This document shows positions 54,003 to 62,854 of a DNA stretch of 64,000 nt, in pieces. Below the pieces are notes generated by a model, which worked only from the letters and a program-made list of their open reading frames with translations, made no database searches and had not been told where the DNA came from. A program made the translations under genes and the position numbers. This DNA is from Bythopirellula sp. (GTDB taxonomy: Bacteria > Planctomycetota > Planctomycetia > Pirellulales > Lacipirellulaceae): NCBI GenBank assembly GCA_965216565.1, contig OZ244170.1:4160001-4224000 (forward strand), written 5' to 3'. Every line of letters starts with the position of its first letter. The stretch's first letter is position 1.

Positions 54003-54740
54003 ATGAAACTTAGGGCACGGGCAATTCGTCTATCAAATTGGACGCCTTATCCCACAGCAAGGTTCATCTCACCAATGCAACGAGCCGCGTTAAATTTCGC
54101 CACTGCCATGGCGTTTGTGATCTTGGCAGACCAGGCTCAAGGCCAGAAGCCTGCGTCTACTAATTCCTACGCACAGGAGTTGCTAAGGTTCGATAGAAAT
54201 GGAAACGGCAAGCTAGACGAAGCCGAACGGGCAGCGTTGGCAGCAGAAAATGAGCCCGCTGAGTTACCCTTCTCGGGTTTGCCGCTGATTTGCGAAGGCG
54301 AGGCAACTGGCGCTGGCGGAGGCGGCGGTTCGAGCGTTTCGGAAATCGAAACACAAGTCGAAGCTCAATTGCCGGCAGGGTTGGGAAGGCAAGCGGTCTG
54401 GCGATTTCAACGTCATCCACTTCGGCAACCCGCGGGCGCGCCGCTTCGCGAACAGCCACCCCAGGAGCAAGCAGAGCTAGACGCCAACGACTATCAAGTT
54501 CAGACGCCTCCTATCGAGCAACCATCGAGCCCGCCGAGATCTGTAGGTCTTAGCAAGGCCGTTCAGTATCGTCTTCTTGCCAATCGGGAGCGTCAGCAAA
54601 CTCGGCCAACGCGTTTCCGGCAAGCCGCTGTCTTCGGAGCAACCATCGGGCTCTCGAAGCGCGAGCCTGCTCGATATCGGCCGGTGCAATCCTCGTGTTG
54701 CGGATGCACGCGAGTCGACATCTACATTCCCTACCGATAG
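54003..54740 (+). CDS. Hypothetical, possibly secreted, protein with an EF-hand-like loop
   Basis: FDRNGNGKLDEAE; start uncertain. Confidence 0.55.
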   Translation: MKLRARAIRLSNWTPYPTARFISPMQRAALNFATAMAFVILADQAQGQKPASTNSYAQELLRFDRNGNGKLDEAERAALAAENEPAELPFSGLPLICEGEATGAGGGGGSSVSEIETQVEAQLPAGLGRQAVWRFQRHPLRQPAGAPLREQPPQEQAELDANDYQVQTPPIEQPSSPPRSVGLSKAVQYRLLANRERQQTRPTRFRQAAVFGATIGLSKREPARYRPVQSSCCGCTRVDIYIPYR

Positions 54741-54941
54741 GCTGAATGAGCCTGCATCGAAGCAAGACTTCGGCCATTGTGATATGTTGGGCATAGGCCC
54801 CCGGCGACTTATCAAGTCGCGGCGCGGCTCATCGTAACGCATTGCAAGATGGCACTTTGCGTTGCAAAGTCATTTAACTGTAATAAGTTGCGGTGTATCA
54901 GCTGTATTCAACAGTTATCACGAGGTCTCAGGAACTATCAC

Positions 54942-55000
54942 CCTGATTGGCACACTGTGCCAATCAGGTTTTGGCTCGGCATCTCCGCAAAAGGAGATGC
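54942..55000 (+). promoter_or_regulatory. Perfect 13-bp inverted repeat plus SD-sequestering hairpin
   Basis: CCTGATTGGCACA-C-TGTGCCAATCAGG (54942-54968); GCATCTCC-GCAAAA-GGAGATGC (54979-55000). Confidence 0.55.
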
Positions 55001-55003
55001 AGT

Positions 55004-56685
55004 ATGTCCTTTATCGATCCCCCTCTTTCGCCGAAGAATGGCAACATTCTCAACGTACTAATGATTTGCCGCGTCAGTAGTCCTGGCGAGGGTAAACAAC
55101 GAGAAGATTCGAACGCTGACCAAGAAGCTCGCTTGCGAGCCTATCTACAGCAGATTTGGTCGGGTCCTGTCGAAGTGCAGGTGATCGCCGGCACGGGCAG
55201 CGGAGAGGACGTTGAGCGGCAGGAATTGCACGAAGCCGAACTGGCAGTCGAAAACGGCGACATCGATCTCGTCCTCTGTGAAGATCTCAGCCGTATCTCC
55301 CGGCGTTACCATGCCCAAAGTTTCTGTGAGCTAGCCGGGACCATGATACTCGAGTGATTGCCGTCCATGGAGACGTCGATACCGGAAGAGCCAATTGGCA
55401 AATGTCGGCAGGATTTAGTTTTATGCGTCATGAGCTGTACAACGCTGATACTTCAAAGCGTATCCAGCGGAGCCACCAAAACCTGTTCGATCAGGGCGGC
55501 ATGTGCCAGCACCTCATCTACGGGTACCGTAAAGAACCTGGTAGTAAGACTGACGATGCGATGAGTAAGGACCCTGGGGCCGAGCCGATCTATCGCGAGT
55601 GGTTCGACAAACTCAAGGGAGGTGCTTCCTTTGCGGAAGTCGCCGACTGGCTTAATGAGCAGGGAGTGCCCGTCGGTCCACTATGCAGGGGTTCTAAATG
55701 GGATGGCACGATGGTAGGCCGGGTCACACGGAATCCACTCCTAAAGGGTCTCCGCGAGCGCAATCGCAAGATGAGCAGGCGCGTCAACAAGTCGGGCAAG
55801 TATCGAGCCGTGGCAGCACCGCCTGAAATGCTCCGGACTCGTGAGTGCCCGCATTTGGCATTCCTAGAGCCTGATCTGTTTGACGAAGTGAACGAGCTGC
55901 TCAAAGTGCGCAATGAAAACCATCGTCGCGCTAAAGAAGGGATTTCTGATCCACGCAAAGGCGTTCCCAAAAAGCGGACCCAGTGGCCGGCCCAGCAGGT
56001 CTGCTGTGGCGTCTGTGGCCGGATCATGACTTGCCAGGGCAAGAAAGATCGACGTACTCTAGTGTGTAGCGGTGCGGCTAGCTATCGATGCTGGAACTCT
56101 GTCAGCTTGAATCTCAACATTGCTGGTGAGAAGTTGGTAGGGGCGATTGCAGCAGCGATCGGTCAGTTGCCTGGCTACGACGCAGCGTTGGCGGCTACTG
56201 TCGAGAGGCAAACTGAGCAGGTTCTATCGACTCGCAACCAACGGCACCGGCAGTTAGGTGGGGAGATTACTGATGCCAAGCGTCAGCTAGATAATCTTAC
56301 CGAAGCTCTCGCTCAGAGCGGTGGAAGCGCCGTATTGCGAGAGAAGCTCGCCGATTGCAAGCCGGTCCGATCAAACTATTCGGCTGAGTTCGTCGTAAAT
56401 CTCATCGATCCACCGCAACCGGAACGATATCGCCAGCTGATCTGGGAGCTATCGCAAGGCGAGAATTACCTAAAGGAGCGTGAAATCGCCACGCAGGTTG
56501 GTGTTACCCAGCCGGTGGTCCAACGGGCCAAGAAACTACACCGCCGCATGATCAAAGCAGGCCTGACTGACGGGTATGTTCCCGTCAAGGAAGTGCCAGC
56601 AGGGCGGAGTCGCTTGCGGCGCCACAAACACAAGCGGTACCGGTTCGAACCGTTAGTAGATTTTCCAAAAGACTGGCCGAGCTGA
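55004..56685 (+). pseudogene. Large serine recombinase split by a 1-bp frameshift at about 55337-55340
   Basis: CRVSS catalytic Ser motif, SG, EDLSRISR in the first ORF. Continues HDTRVIAV, YGY, recombinase domain (VADWLNEQGV, NPLLKG), Zn ribbon CGVCG and coiled coil in the next frame. Confidence 0.85.
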
Positions 56686-56724
56686 TAGGCTTGACCACTA
56701 CAGTATTCGTTAATCAGTTTTCGC

Positions 56725-56757
56725 ACCCGTGTTGGCCAGGCCACGCGGGTTTTTTTA
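56725..56757 (+). terminator. Intrinsic terminator after the recombinase
   Basis: CCCGTGT...ACGCGGG followed by a T run. Confidence 0.6.
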
Positions 56758-56773
56758 TGGAGGTACGTCAACA

Positions 56774-56965
56774 ATGAAACATTCGAATCGGCAGACGAAA
56801 CCCACGAAGGATTCGTCCAAGGCGACAAGGGCTATTTGGGAACCGGATCGTCCTCTCGGCAAACTAGTTCAATTAATCGCCAGACAGATAGCGGTAGATG
56901 CCGTGCGAGAGCAACTAGGCGGACCAGATGGCACAGGAAGTAGTAGTGAAAATCGTCGTAGATAA
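56774..56965 (+). CDS. Small hypothetical protein (63 aa)
   Basis: GGAGG RBS, ATG at 56774. Confidence 0.5.
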   Translation: MKHSNRQTKPTKDSSKATRAIWEPDRPLGKLVQLIARQIAVDAVREQLGGPDGTGSSSENRRR

Positions 56966-57196
56966 GACGTAAGCGCGTAGCGAGCGATTGGCATTGGTTT
57001 GCAGCTGGTGCTAGGTATTCGTTTTCGCGTCCTAAACCCACCGCGATTTTGCGTCATAAAGATATGGTGAAGGTTTAGCTTTTAGGGCTTTCACTCTCTC
57101 GATAGCTCGGTGATCTCGCCGAGCCGTTTCTTTCTCACACCATTCTCGCCGTAGCGGACCATAGCGGGTCGAACTACGGTTTTCCAAGGAGATTCT

Positions 57197-57334
57197 ATGT
57201 TCGAGATGCTCTGCACCGTGCTAGCCCTAGGGTTAGCGGCGGCGATCTTTGCCTTGTGTCGAGAAGTCCGCCTGCGAAAGGCGCTCACTCGACTGTTGAA
57301 CTTGATCCTAAAACATTGGCGGAACCATGAATGA
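57197..57334 (+). CDS. 45-aa single-TM peptide (not in the ORF track)
   Basis: AAGGAG RBS; MFEMLCTVLALGLAAAIFALCREVRLRKALTRLLNLILKHWRNHE; overlaps the next start. Confidence 0.65.
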   Translation: MFEMLCTVLALGLAAAIFALCREVRLRKALTRLLNLILKHWRNHE

Positions 57335-57884
57335 ACTTATAGTAACCAAGCTGATGACAACTACCCTGATGACACTTTGGCTTACCGGCTGTTGTGGTGA
57401 TCGAGTGAGTAGCGTCGTCCGGGAAGCGGCCGATCGACAGGCCGAGCAGAATCAGTCGATGGCCCAGCTGCAAAGGGAAGTAGCCGAGGGTACGCGGCAG
57501 CTGGTCGAAGCAGATGCCCAGTCTAGAACCGAAATAATTGGCGTGCACCGAGATTTACAGACGGAACGAATTCGACTTGATAATTCGTGGGACCAGTTGC
57601 AGCGAGAGCGGCGCAGCGACTCGCTTCTTATATCGATGATTCCAACAGTTGGTGCAGTGGTCGTCGTTTGTCTCCTACTAGGTTTCTGTTGGCAGGCCCT
57701 GTTTCGAGCCCACGGCGAAGATGTGTCGCAGGCTGAGCTCAGTAGCCTGCTCGTCGAAGAGCTTGTTGGCGAGTCGCAACTACTGCTGCAATCGGATAGC
57801 CAATTGCTTGCAGAAGGTGGCAACCCTCCGGACGAACAATCTCTAAACGACGAGCTCTCGGATGAAGGCTCACCCGAGAGTTGA
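57327..57884 (+). CDS. Lipoprotein-like coiled-coil protein with a TM helix and acidic tail
   Basis: Lipobox-like LWLTGC, Q/E/R-rich helix, TM VGAVVVVCLLLGFCW. Confidence 0.7.
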   Translation: MNELIVTKLMTTTLMTLWLTGCCGDRVSSVVREAADRQAEQNQSMAQLQREVAEGTRQLVEADAQSRTEIIGVHRDLQTERIRLDNSWDQLQRERRSDSLLISMIPTVGAVVVVCLLLGFCWQALFRAHGEDVSQAELSSLLVEELVGESQLLLQSDSQLLAEGGNPPDEQSLNDELSDEGSPES

Positions 57885-58003
57885 TAGCTAGTTCTCATCG
57901 CCTAACTCTCACTCTCTATGGGCGAGTTCTTTGTGTTTTATCGGGCGTTACCGGTGTAGGTAGCGTCTGTTTACCCCTCTGACTTTTGAAAAGGAGTACG
58001 AAT

Positions 58004-58228
58004 ATGAAAGTCTTGGTGATCAACAACGACGGAGGTGGCTTTGCCGACTACTTGGACCTCTCCCATGGCACCACGGTGCGAGAACTGTTTGAGCGACAAG
58101 TGGGGTCGTCCAACTCGAGAGACTATCTCATCCGGGTCAATCGGCAACATGCCGCCTCGGGGCAGATTCTCTGCGAAGGAGACCGGGTCTCGATCACTCC
58201 CACCAAGATCCACGGTGCACACTGCTAA
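58004..58228 (+). CDS. Ubiquitin-like (beta-grasp, ThiS/MoaD-like) protein
   Basis: AAGGAG RBS; 74 aa; [26 protein letters not shown]-terminal KIHGAHC. Confidence 0.85.
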   Translation: MKVLVINNDGGGFADYLDLSHGTTVRELFERQVGSSNSRDYLIRVNRQHAASGQILCEGDRVSITPTKIHGAHC

Positions 58229-58263
58229 ATAAGCAATAGATCTACAAAGCGACTCTTCCAAGT

Positions 58264-58303
58264 GGGTCACTGGGCAGTCATGCCTGGTGGCCCTCGTTTT
58301 TTT
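58264..58303 (+). terminator. Hairpin + T7 between the Ubl and E2 genes
   Basis: GGGTCACTGGGCA-GTCA-TGCCTGGTGGCCC-TCG-TTTTTTT. Confidence 0.6.
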
Positions 58304-58334
58304 GAACCCTTCCTCAACAAGGAGACTCGACTCG

Positions 58335-59258
58335 ATGAATCGACACATTAGTTCACTAGCCCGAGCGGTGGTTATTATCCACCAGGCATTGGTCCAACGG
58401 CACGAGCCGCAGCGCTGGCCCGAGCTTCCTGGCAGCTGCTGGCACAGAGCTCTCAAACTGCTGGAGCGTTCCCAGAGGGCCAGGTGCCGCAACTGGATCC
58501 TGGCAGCGGATCGACTGGCTCGAGAATTTCACGGGGCTCTAGGCACCCTCGTATCGCAGCTCACTGAGCTGCAGCAAGCGGAAGAACAGCCAGCGACTAG
58601 TCTCCGCTCGAGCAGCTATCGAGACGTCTACCGAGACCTGACCGAACTAACTAGAGAATTCGCTACGGTCAAGTACGAATCGTCTCATCACCAACTAAGG
58701 ATTAGTACTGAGCCGATCGAGCTAAACGGCATCTATCTGGGGCCCTTCGAGATTAGGTTGGACCTCGGTCGCCTCGATGACACCCCGGCATATCGCGTCG
58801 TGGCTCTGGAGCCCAATCCGGCCGCCTCTTGTGAAGAGGTGACCCATCCGCATGTGCTAAATGAGCTGCTGTGCGAGGGCGAAGGCCGGCTGGCGATCAA
58901 TCGCGCCCTCGCTGAGGGCCGCTTGCTCGACTTCTTTCAGCTAATCGCCGGTGTACTGCGGACCTACAACGACGAGAGCCCTTATATGGAGCTCTCTAAC
59001 TGGGACAGTCAGCCGTGCCATGGCTGTGGGGTGCTAGTGCACCCTGAGCAGGGGGATGGCTGCTCAGACTGCGAGTCGTGGCTTTGCTACGAGTGTGAAG
59101 CAACTTGCTCGAGTTGTGGAGAAGGACACTGCCATCAGTGCCTTCGATCCTGTGGCCGCTGCGAGGAACCGTTTTGCGCGAAGTGCCTTAAAACCTGCTC
59201 AGGCTGTCTGGAGCAGGTCTGTAACAGTTGTTTAATCCCAGACGCAAGGGTGTGGTGA
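58335..59258 (+). CDS. Prokaryotic E2-like (UBC-fold) protein with a C-terminal poly-CxxC domain
   Basis: [22 protein letters not shown] resembles the E2 HPN-x-C active-site signature; [10 protein letters not shown]; nine CxxC motifs. Confidence 0.7.
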   Translation: MNRHISSLARAVVIIHQALVQRHEPQRWPELPGSCWHRALKLLERSQRARCRNWILAADRLAREFHGALGTLVSQLTELQQAEEQPATSLRSSSYRDVYRDLTELTREFATVKYESSHHQLRISTEPIELNGIYLGPFEIRLDLGRLDDTPAYRVVALEPNPAASCEEVTHPHVLNELLCEGEGRLAINRALAEGRLLDFFQLIAGVLRTYNDESPYMELSNWDSQPCHGCGVLVHPEQGDGCSDCESWLCYECEATCSSCGEGHCHQCLRSCGRCEEPFCAKCLKTCSGCLEQVCNSCLIPDARVW

Positions 59259-59263
59259 ATGCT

Positions 59264-60022
59264 ATGAAGAAAATCAAGAGTCAACCAAATCCGTCTCTAC
59301 GGTTCTCTCCCACCGCCTGGGCCAAGCTGCAGTATCTCCGTGATGCAGGGGATACCGAAATCGGCGGTTTCGGGATCGCCTGCTCCGAGGATCTCTTGTT
59401 GATCGAGGATGTGGTGCTCGTTGACCAGCGGTGCAGTGTGGTGGAAGTTGAACTGGAGGACTCGGCGGTCGCGGATTTTTTCGATGGCCAGGTCGACCAA
59501 GGTCGACAACCGGAAGAATTTGCGCGGGTCTGGATTCATACCCATCCGGGTAGTTCGGCTCAGCCTAGTACGACTGACGAAGAGACCTTTAGCAGAGTGT
59601 TTGGCGGTGCGGACTGGGCGGTGATGTTTATCCTCGCTCGTGACGGTCAGGCCTACGCCAGGCTTCGCTATCACATGGGGCCGGGGGCAGAGATAGAGCT
59701 AGCCGTCGAGATCGACTATAGCTTGTCGTTCGCTGGCTCCGAGCATGAGCTATGGCAGGCGGAGTACGAGCGGTGCGTCCGCAGGAAAGTTCAGCCGGTC
59801 GTCGGCAAGCGGAGTCAGCCGCTGCTCAATTCTGAGGGTAGGCGTCTCACCGACCCGTGGCCTGCCGAGCAGGGGTCGGTCATCAACTGGGATGCCGAGG
59901 ATTGGCTCGATGGCAAACTCTTGCACCAAGACGATTGGCCTGTCGACTTGTACTACGACGCTTGGCTCGACTACGTGGATCCAGCGGAATTCCCACAGGA
60001 GGCAAGTCATGCCGACTACTAA
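59264..60022 (+). CDS. JAB/MPN+ metalloprotease (deubiquitinase-like)
   Basis: TEIGGFG and [16 protein letters not shown] (E...HxH-x7-S-x2-D). Confidence 0.9.
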   Translation: MKKIKSQPNPSLRFSPTAWAKLQYLRDAGDTEIGGFGIACSEDLLLIEDVVLVDQRCSVVEVELEDSAVADFFDGQVDQGRQPEEFARVWIHTHPGSSAQPSTTDEETFSRVFGGADWAVMFILARDGQAYARLRYHMGPGAEIELAVEIDYSLSFAGSEHELWQAEYERCVRRKVQPVVGKRSQPLLNSEGRRLTDPWPAEQGSVINWDAEDWLDGKLLHQDDWPVDLYYDAWLDYVDPAEFPQEASHADY

Positions 60023-60680
60023 CGAGGACCGTTTTATCAGGCAACAGGAATTGGTTCCAGCAGATAAGTTGAAAACACTGCTGGTGACGGTAATCGGCGC
60101 GGGCGCTATTGGCCGCCAAGTCGCATTGCAACTGGCGGCTCTTGGTGTTCGCCATTTACAGCTTGTAGATCATGACGTGGTGGATGCGACCAATGTCACC
60201 ACGCAAGGCTATCTGGCCAGTGACATCGATCGGGCGAAGGTCGCAGCGACTGCAGAAGCCATTGCATTACTGGACGCGGACATTGAGGTGATTCAAGTCC
60301 AGGATCGTTTTCGGTCGCGACTGGATGTAGCCGAGGTGGCGTTTTGTTGCGTCGATTCGATTAGTGTGCGTCAAGCGATCTGGCGCTCCGTCGCTAGCCG
60401 CATACAGTTCTGGGGCGATGGGCGGATGCTCGGCGAGACGATGCGTGTTCTGGTAACGACCGACCTGGTTAGTCGTGACCACTACCCGACGACACTGTTT
60501 AGTGAACAGGAAGCACAAGTCGGCCGCTGTACGGCACGTAGCACCATCTACTCGGCTAATATAGCCGCAGGGCTACTGGTGCATCAATTCGTGCGCTATC
60601 TGCGCACTCAGCCAGTTGATGCTGATCTCACGCTTAACTTGCTGGCTAGTGAGTTGAGCGTGGTTGACTCTGAAACTTAA
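60009..60680 (+). CDS. E1-like ThiF/MoeB-family adenylyltransferase
   Basis: [30 protein letters not shown], candidate catalytic Cys in [16 protein letters not shown]. Confidence 0.9.
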   Translation: MPTTNEDRFIRQQELVPADKLKTLLVTVIGAGAIGRQVALQLAALGVRHLQLVDHDVVDATNVTTQGYLASDIDRAKVAATAEAIALLDADIEVIQVQDRFRSRLDVAEVAFCCVDSISVRQAIWRSVASRIQFWGDGRMLGETMRVLVTTDLVSRDHYPTTLFSEQEAQVGRCTARSTIYSANIAAGLLVHQFVRYLRTQPVDADLTLNLLASELSVVDSET

Positions 60681-60733
60681 CCACAGTTGGCGGACTCCAA
60701 GTGAGATCCGCTTCATGTCAAATTTCTAACAGT

Positions 60734-60768
60734 GAGGCGGCTACCGAGAACGGTAGCCGCCTCTTTTT
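60734..60768 (+). terminator. Intrinsic terminator after E1
   Basis: GAGGCGGCTACCG-AGAA-CGGTAGCCGCCTC-TTTTT. Confidence 0.85.
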
Positions 60769-60788
60769 ATTAACAAAGGAGAACCGTA

Positions 60789-60968
60789 ATGACTCAGCTA
60801 GATATCGATAGAGCGGTGGCCACCGCTACCGGAGAAAGCCTCTACGAAATCAGTCACCGGGGGTTTGGGATAGCAGACCCTCTGGAGGTAAGGCACGACC
60901 CAGAGCCTCACTGTTCCCGAGGACTCTGCCGTGACAGTTGCGATGTTGCGCATTGTTCTAACAAATAG
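60789..60968 (+). CDS. Small hypothetical protein (59 aa; not in the ORF track)
   Basis: AAGGAG RBS; MTQLDIDRAVATATGESLYEISHRGFGIADP... Confidence 0.55.
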   Translation: MTQLDIDRAVATATGESLYEISHRGFGIADPLEVRHDPEPHCSRGLCRDSCDVAHCSNK

Positions 60969-60977
60969 GTAGTCTCG

Positions 60978-61018
60978 AAAGGGGGATTTGCGATTTGCAA
61001 ATCCCCCCCCTTTTTTTT
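60978..61018 (+). terminator. Intrinsic terminator
   Basis: GGGGGATTTGC-GATTT-GCAAATCCCCC followed by T8. Confidence 0.65.
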
Positions 61019-61306
61019 AGCTATCAGCGCTTTCCAGATTCGTGGGACTCGATATTCGCTCCGATTTACCAATTCAACTTGCGGAACACACTCCTGTTTC
61101 GCGCGAGTTCAAAATCTTAAGCTTGAGTCTTCAGGCCGGCTACATGAATCTTCACCCCGCTTATGATCCAAGCGAAGTACGAAAGTTTGCGGTGGTCTAC
61201 ATTTTGAAAGGAGCCAAGTAACGAAATAAAGGCTAGCATTAAAGTGCATCGCCTTTTCTGCTTCATCCATAAGCCTAATGCTATCGCTTCTAGAAAATTC
61301 CGCACT

Positions 61307-61329
61307 CGGTTCGAATCCGTTCCCGGCCA
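61307..61329 (+). other. tRNA 3'-end-like fragment (possible att remnant)
   Basis: CGGTTCGAATCCGTTCCCGGCCA = T-loop plus acceptor 3' strand; no matching 5' half nearby. Confidence 0.5.
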
Positions 61330-61387
61330 TTCTATCAGACACTTATCGAGACTTCACGTTGGTCTACTCCAGGGGAATCTGGCATAA

Positions 61388-62041
61388 CTACCGTCGCCAA
61401 CTAGCTCGCTCTACGTTGCCAGGGGAACCAGCTTGCACCTGGTCATGGGCAAAGTAGAAGACTCGAAGTCGAACAGTGTCGCTCAGGAAATCGATTTCGC
61501 CCAGCTCGATGCGGCTAATCTTTAACCCTGTGCGGGCCTCCAAGTCCTGAATCAGCTCTTTATGCTTTTCAGGCTTAATAAGCTCAATGTTCTCGTAGCG
61601 AACTTTCTCTTCCAACTCGTGGCGTAGCAGTGGTGTTTGTTCCAGAAAAGCGGCTAATCCGAAAATCAGACCGTTCGTCACGAAGATTTCTGCATAGCTC
61701 ATATTCTTATTTGCCAAGGCATTGATCACTCCGATGCCAATGACTATGAACAGATAGGTCATTTCCCGAATCGGAATTGGATCCGTGCGGTACCGTAAGA
61801 TGCCAAAGATAGCGAACAGCCCGAGCGCCATGCCTAAGTCCAATTCAAACTTCTTCAAAGTGAAGCAGATAAAGAAGACGAGCACGTTGAGCATGCAGTA
61901 ACCGAAAATATAATCTTTGATACCGGAGTTCTTGTAATAGACACCCCGTACGATAAGAGCCAGGAAGAAACCATTGATTAGAAACCGCACGAGCAACTTG
62001 AGGATGTCGTCGTCGTACAGGGGGATATCGAGAAACTCCAT
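61388..62041 (-). CDS. DUF4956-family membrane protein
   Basis: LGMALGLFAIFGILRYRT..IPIREMTYLF; DLEARTGL. Confidence 0.85.
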   Translation of the reverse strand: MEFLDIPLYDDDILKLLVRFLINGFFLALIVRGVYYKNSGIKDYIFGYCMLNVLVFFICFTLKKFELDLGMALGLFAIFGILRYRTDPIPIREMTYLFIVIGIGVINALANKNMSYAEIFVTNGLIFGLAAFLEQTPLLRHELEEKVRYENIELIKPEKHKELIQDLEARTGLKISRIELGEIDFLSDTVRLRVFYFAHDQVQAGSPGNVERASWRR

Positions 62042-62056
62042 AGCGGTTTTACTCTC

Positions 62057-62803
62057 TTAAGCAAGTTTCTGAATGGCTCTTAACTTTGACTTGAATCGGT
62101 TCGACTTAAGTTCCGGGTTAAGCAAGTGGGTGCCCAGGCAGTACTTACTTACCCTGAGCGGTCGCACTTTGTGAATGCGAAGCTGCTGGCGAATCGAGGA
62201 GTGACGCGAATCTTTTTTCTGTTTTACCTCTGCGATCACTACCCCAGGGAGTTTGCACAGACGTTGGTCGGTACGAAACTCAACGTTGCAGTCGAGTGTA
62301 ACTCGTTCCGTACAATTTGCGTCGACAAGAGTGATGCGGGAAAATTTGGTCCATAGCTTAGGCTTCAGATCGAGGCCTTTCCCAACTTGATTGTTCAAAA
62401 AGTCCTGGGCGTCTTCGGAAAATGATTCTTCGATTGCAGGAATTGCCATCCGGCTTTTGACTGTCCGCCCTTTATTATTTTTTTGTTTGATCTCAAAGAA
62501 ACAATCGCCTGTCGAATGATATTCGCGCATCCGATACTTATGGCGATTAAGCCTGCCGTTGTGATGCTGTAAGTAACAGTCGAATTGAGGGCTGTCAAAA
62601 TAGAGACTCGAATAGCAAGTATAGTGAGTATTGTCGAAAGACAAGGCTCGGTAGGCTGGACGGATGTTTTCAAGCAAAGTCGGTAAATCTTCCTCACTAA
62701 ACACGTACTTTGTGTCAACGCGATTCATGAGTGTGACACCATCCAATTCAGCCAGGCTGACTGGCTGTATCGACTGGAGAGCATTGGTCGAGGTTGAATT
62801 CAC
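62057..62803 (-). CDS. VTC (polyphosphate polymerase)-domain protein
   Basis: LMNRVDTKY, YSSLYFD, RHKYRMREY, FFEIK, ERVTLD, IAEVK, SKYC. Confidence 0.88.
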   Translation of the reverse strand: MNSTSTNALQSIQPVSLAELDGVTLMNRVDTKYVFSEEDLPTLLENIRPAYRALSFDNTHYTCYSSLYFDSPQFDCYLQHHNGRLNRHKYRMREYHSTGDCFFEIKQKNNKGRTVKSRMAIPAIEESFSEDAQDFLNNQVGKGLDLKPKLWTKFSRITLVDANCTERVTLDCNVEFRTDQRLCKLPGVVIAEVKQKKDSRHSSIRQQLRIHKVRPLRVSKYCLGTHLLNPELKSNRFKSKLRAIQKLA

Positions 62804-62854
62804 TTTAGTCTTTAGGCAGAGCCACGGGGCTGGGCTGAATGGTAGTGGATTTTG

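Noticed and set aside
54862..54892. GCAAAGTCATTTAACTGTAATAAGTTGCG as an element end or Xer-like site
   Set aside because: Only weak dyad symmetry and no matching partner found at the right end
59745..60008. Extended 311-aa start for the E1 gene
   Set aside because: Overlaps the JAB gene; RBS and ThiF homology begin at ATG 60009
58004..60680. Thiamine or molybdopterin biosynthesis (thiS/thiF, moaD/moeB)
   Set aside because: No thiG, moaE or cysteine synthase nearby; an E2-like gene and mobile context favour protein conjugation
55004..61329. Prophage
   Set aside because: No capsid, terminase, portal or tail genes recognised
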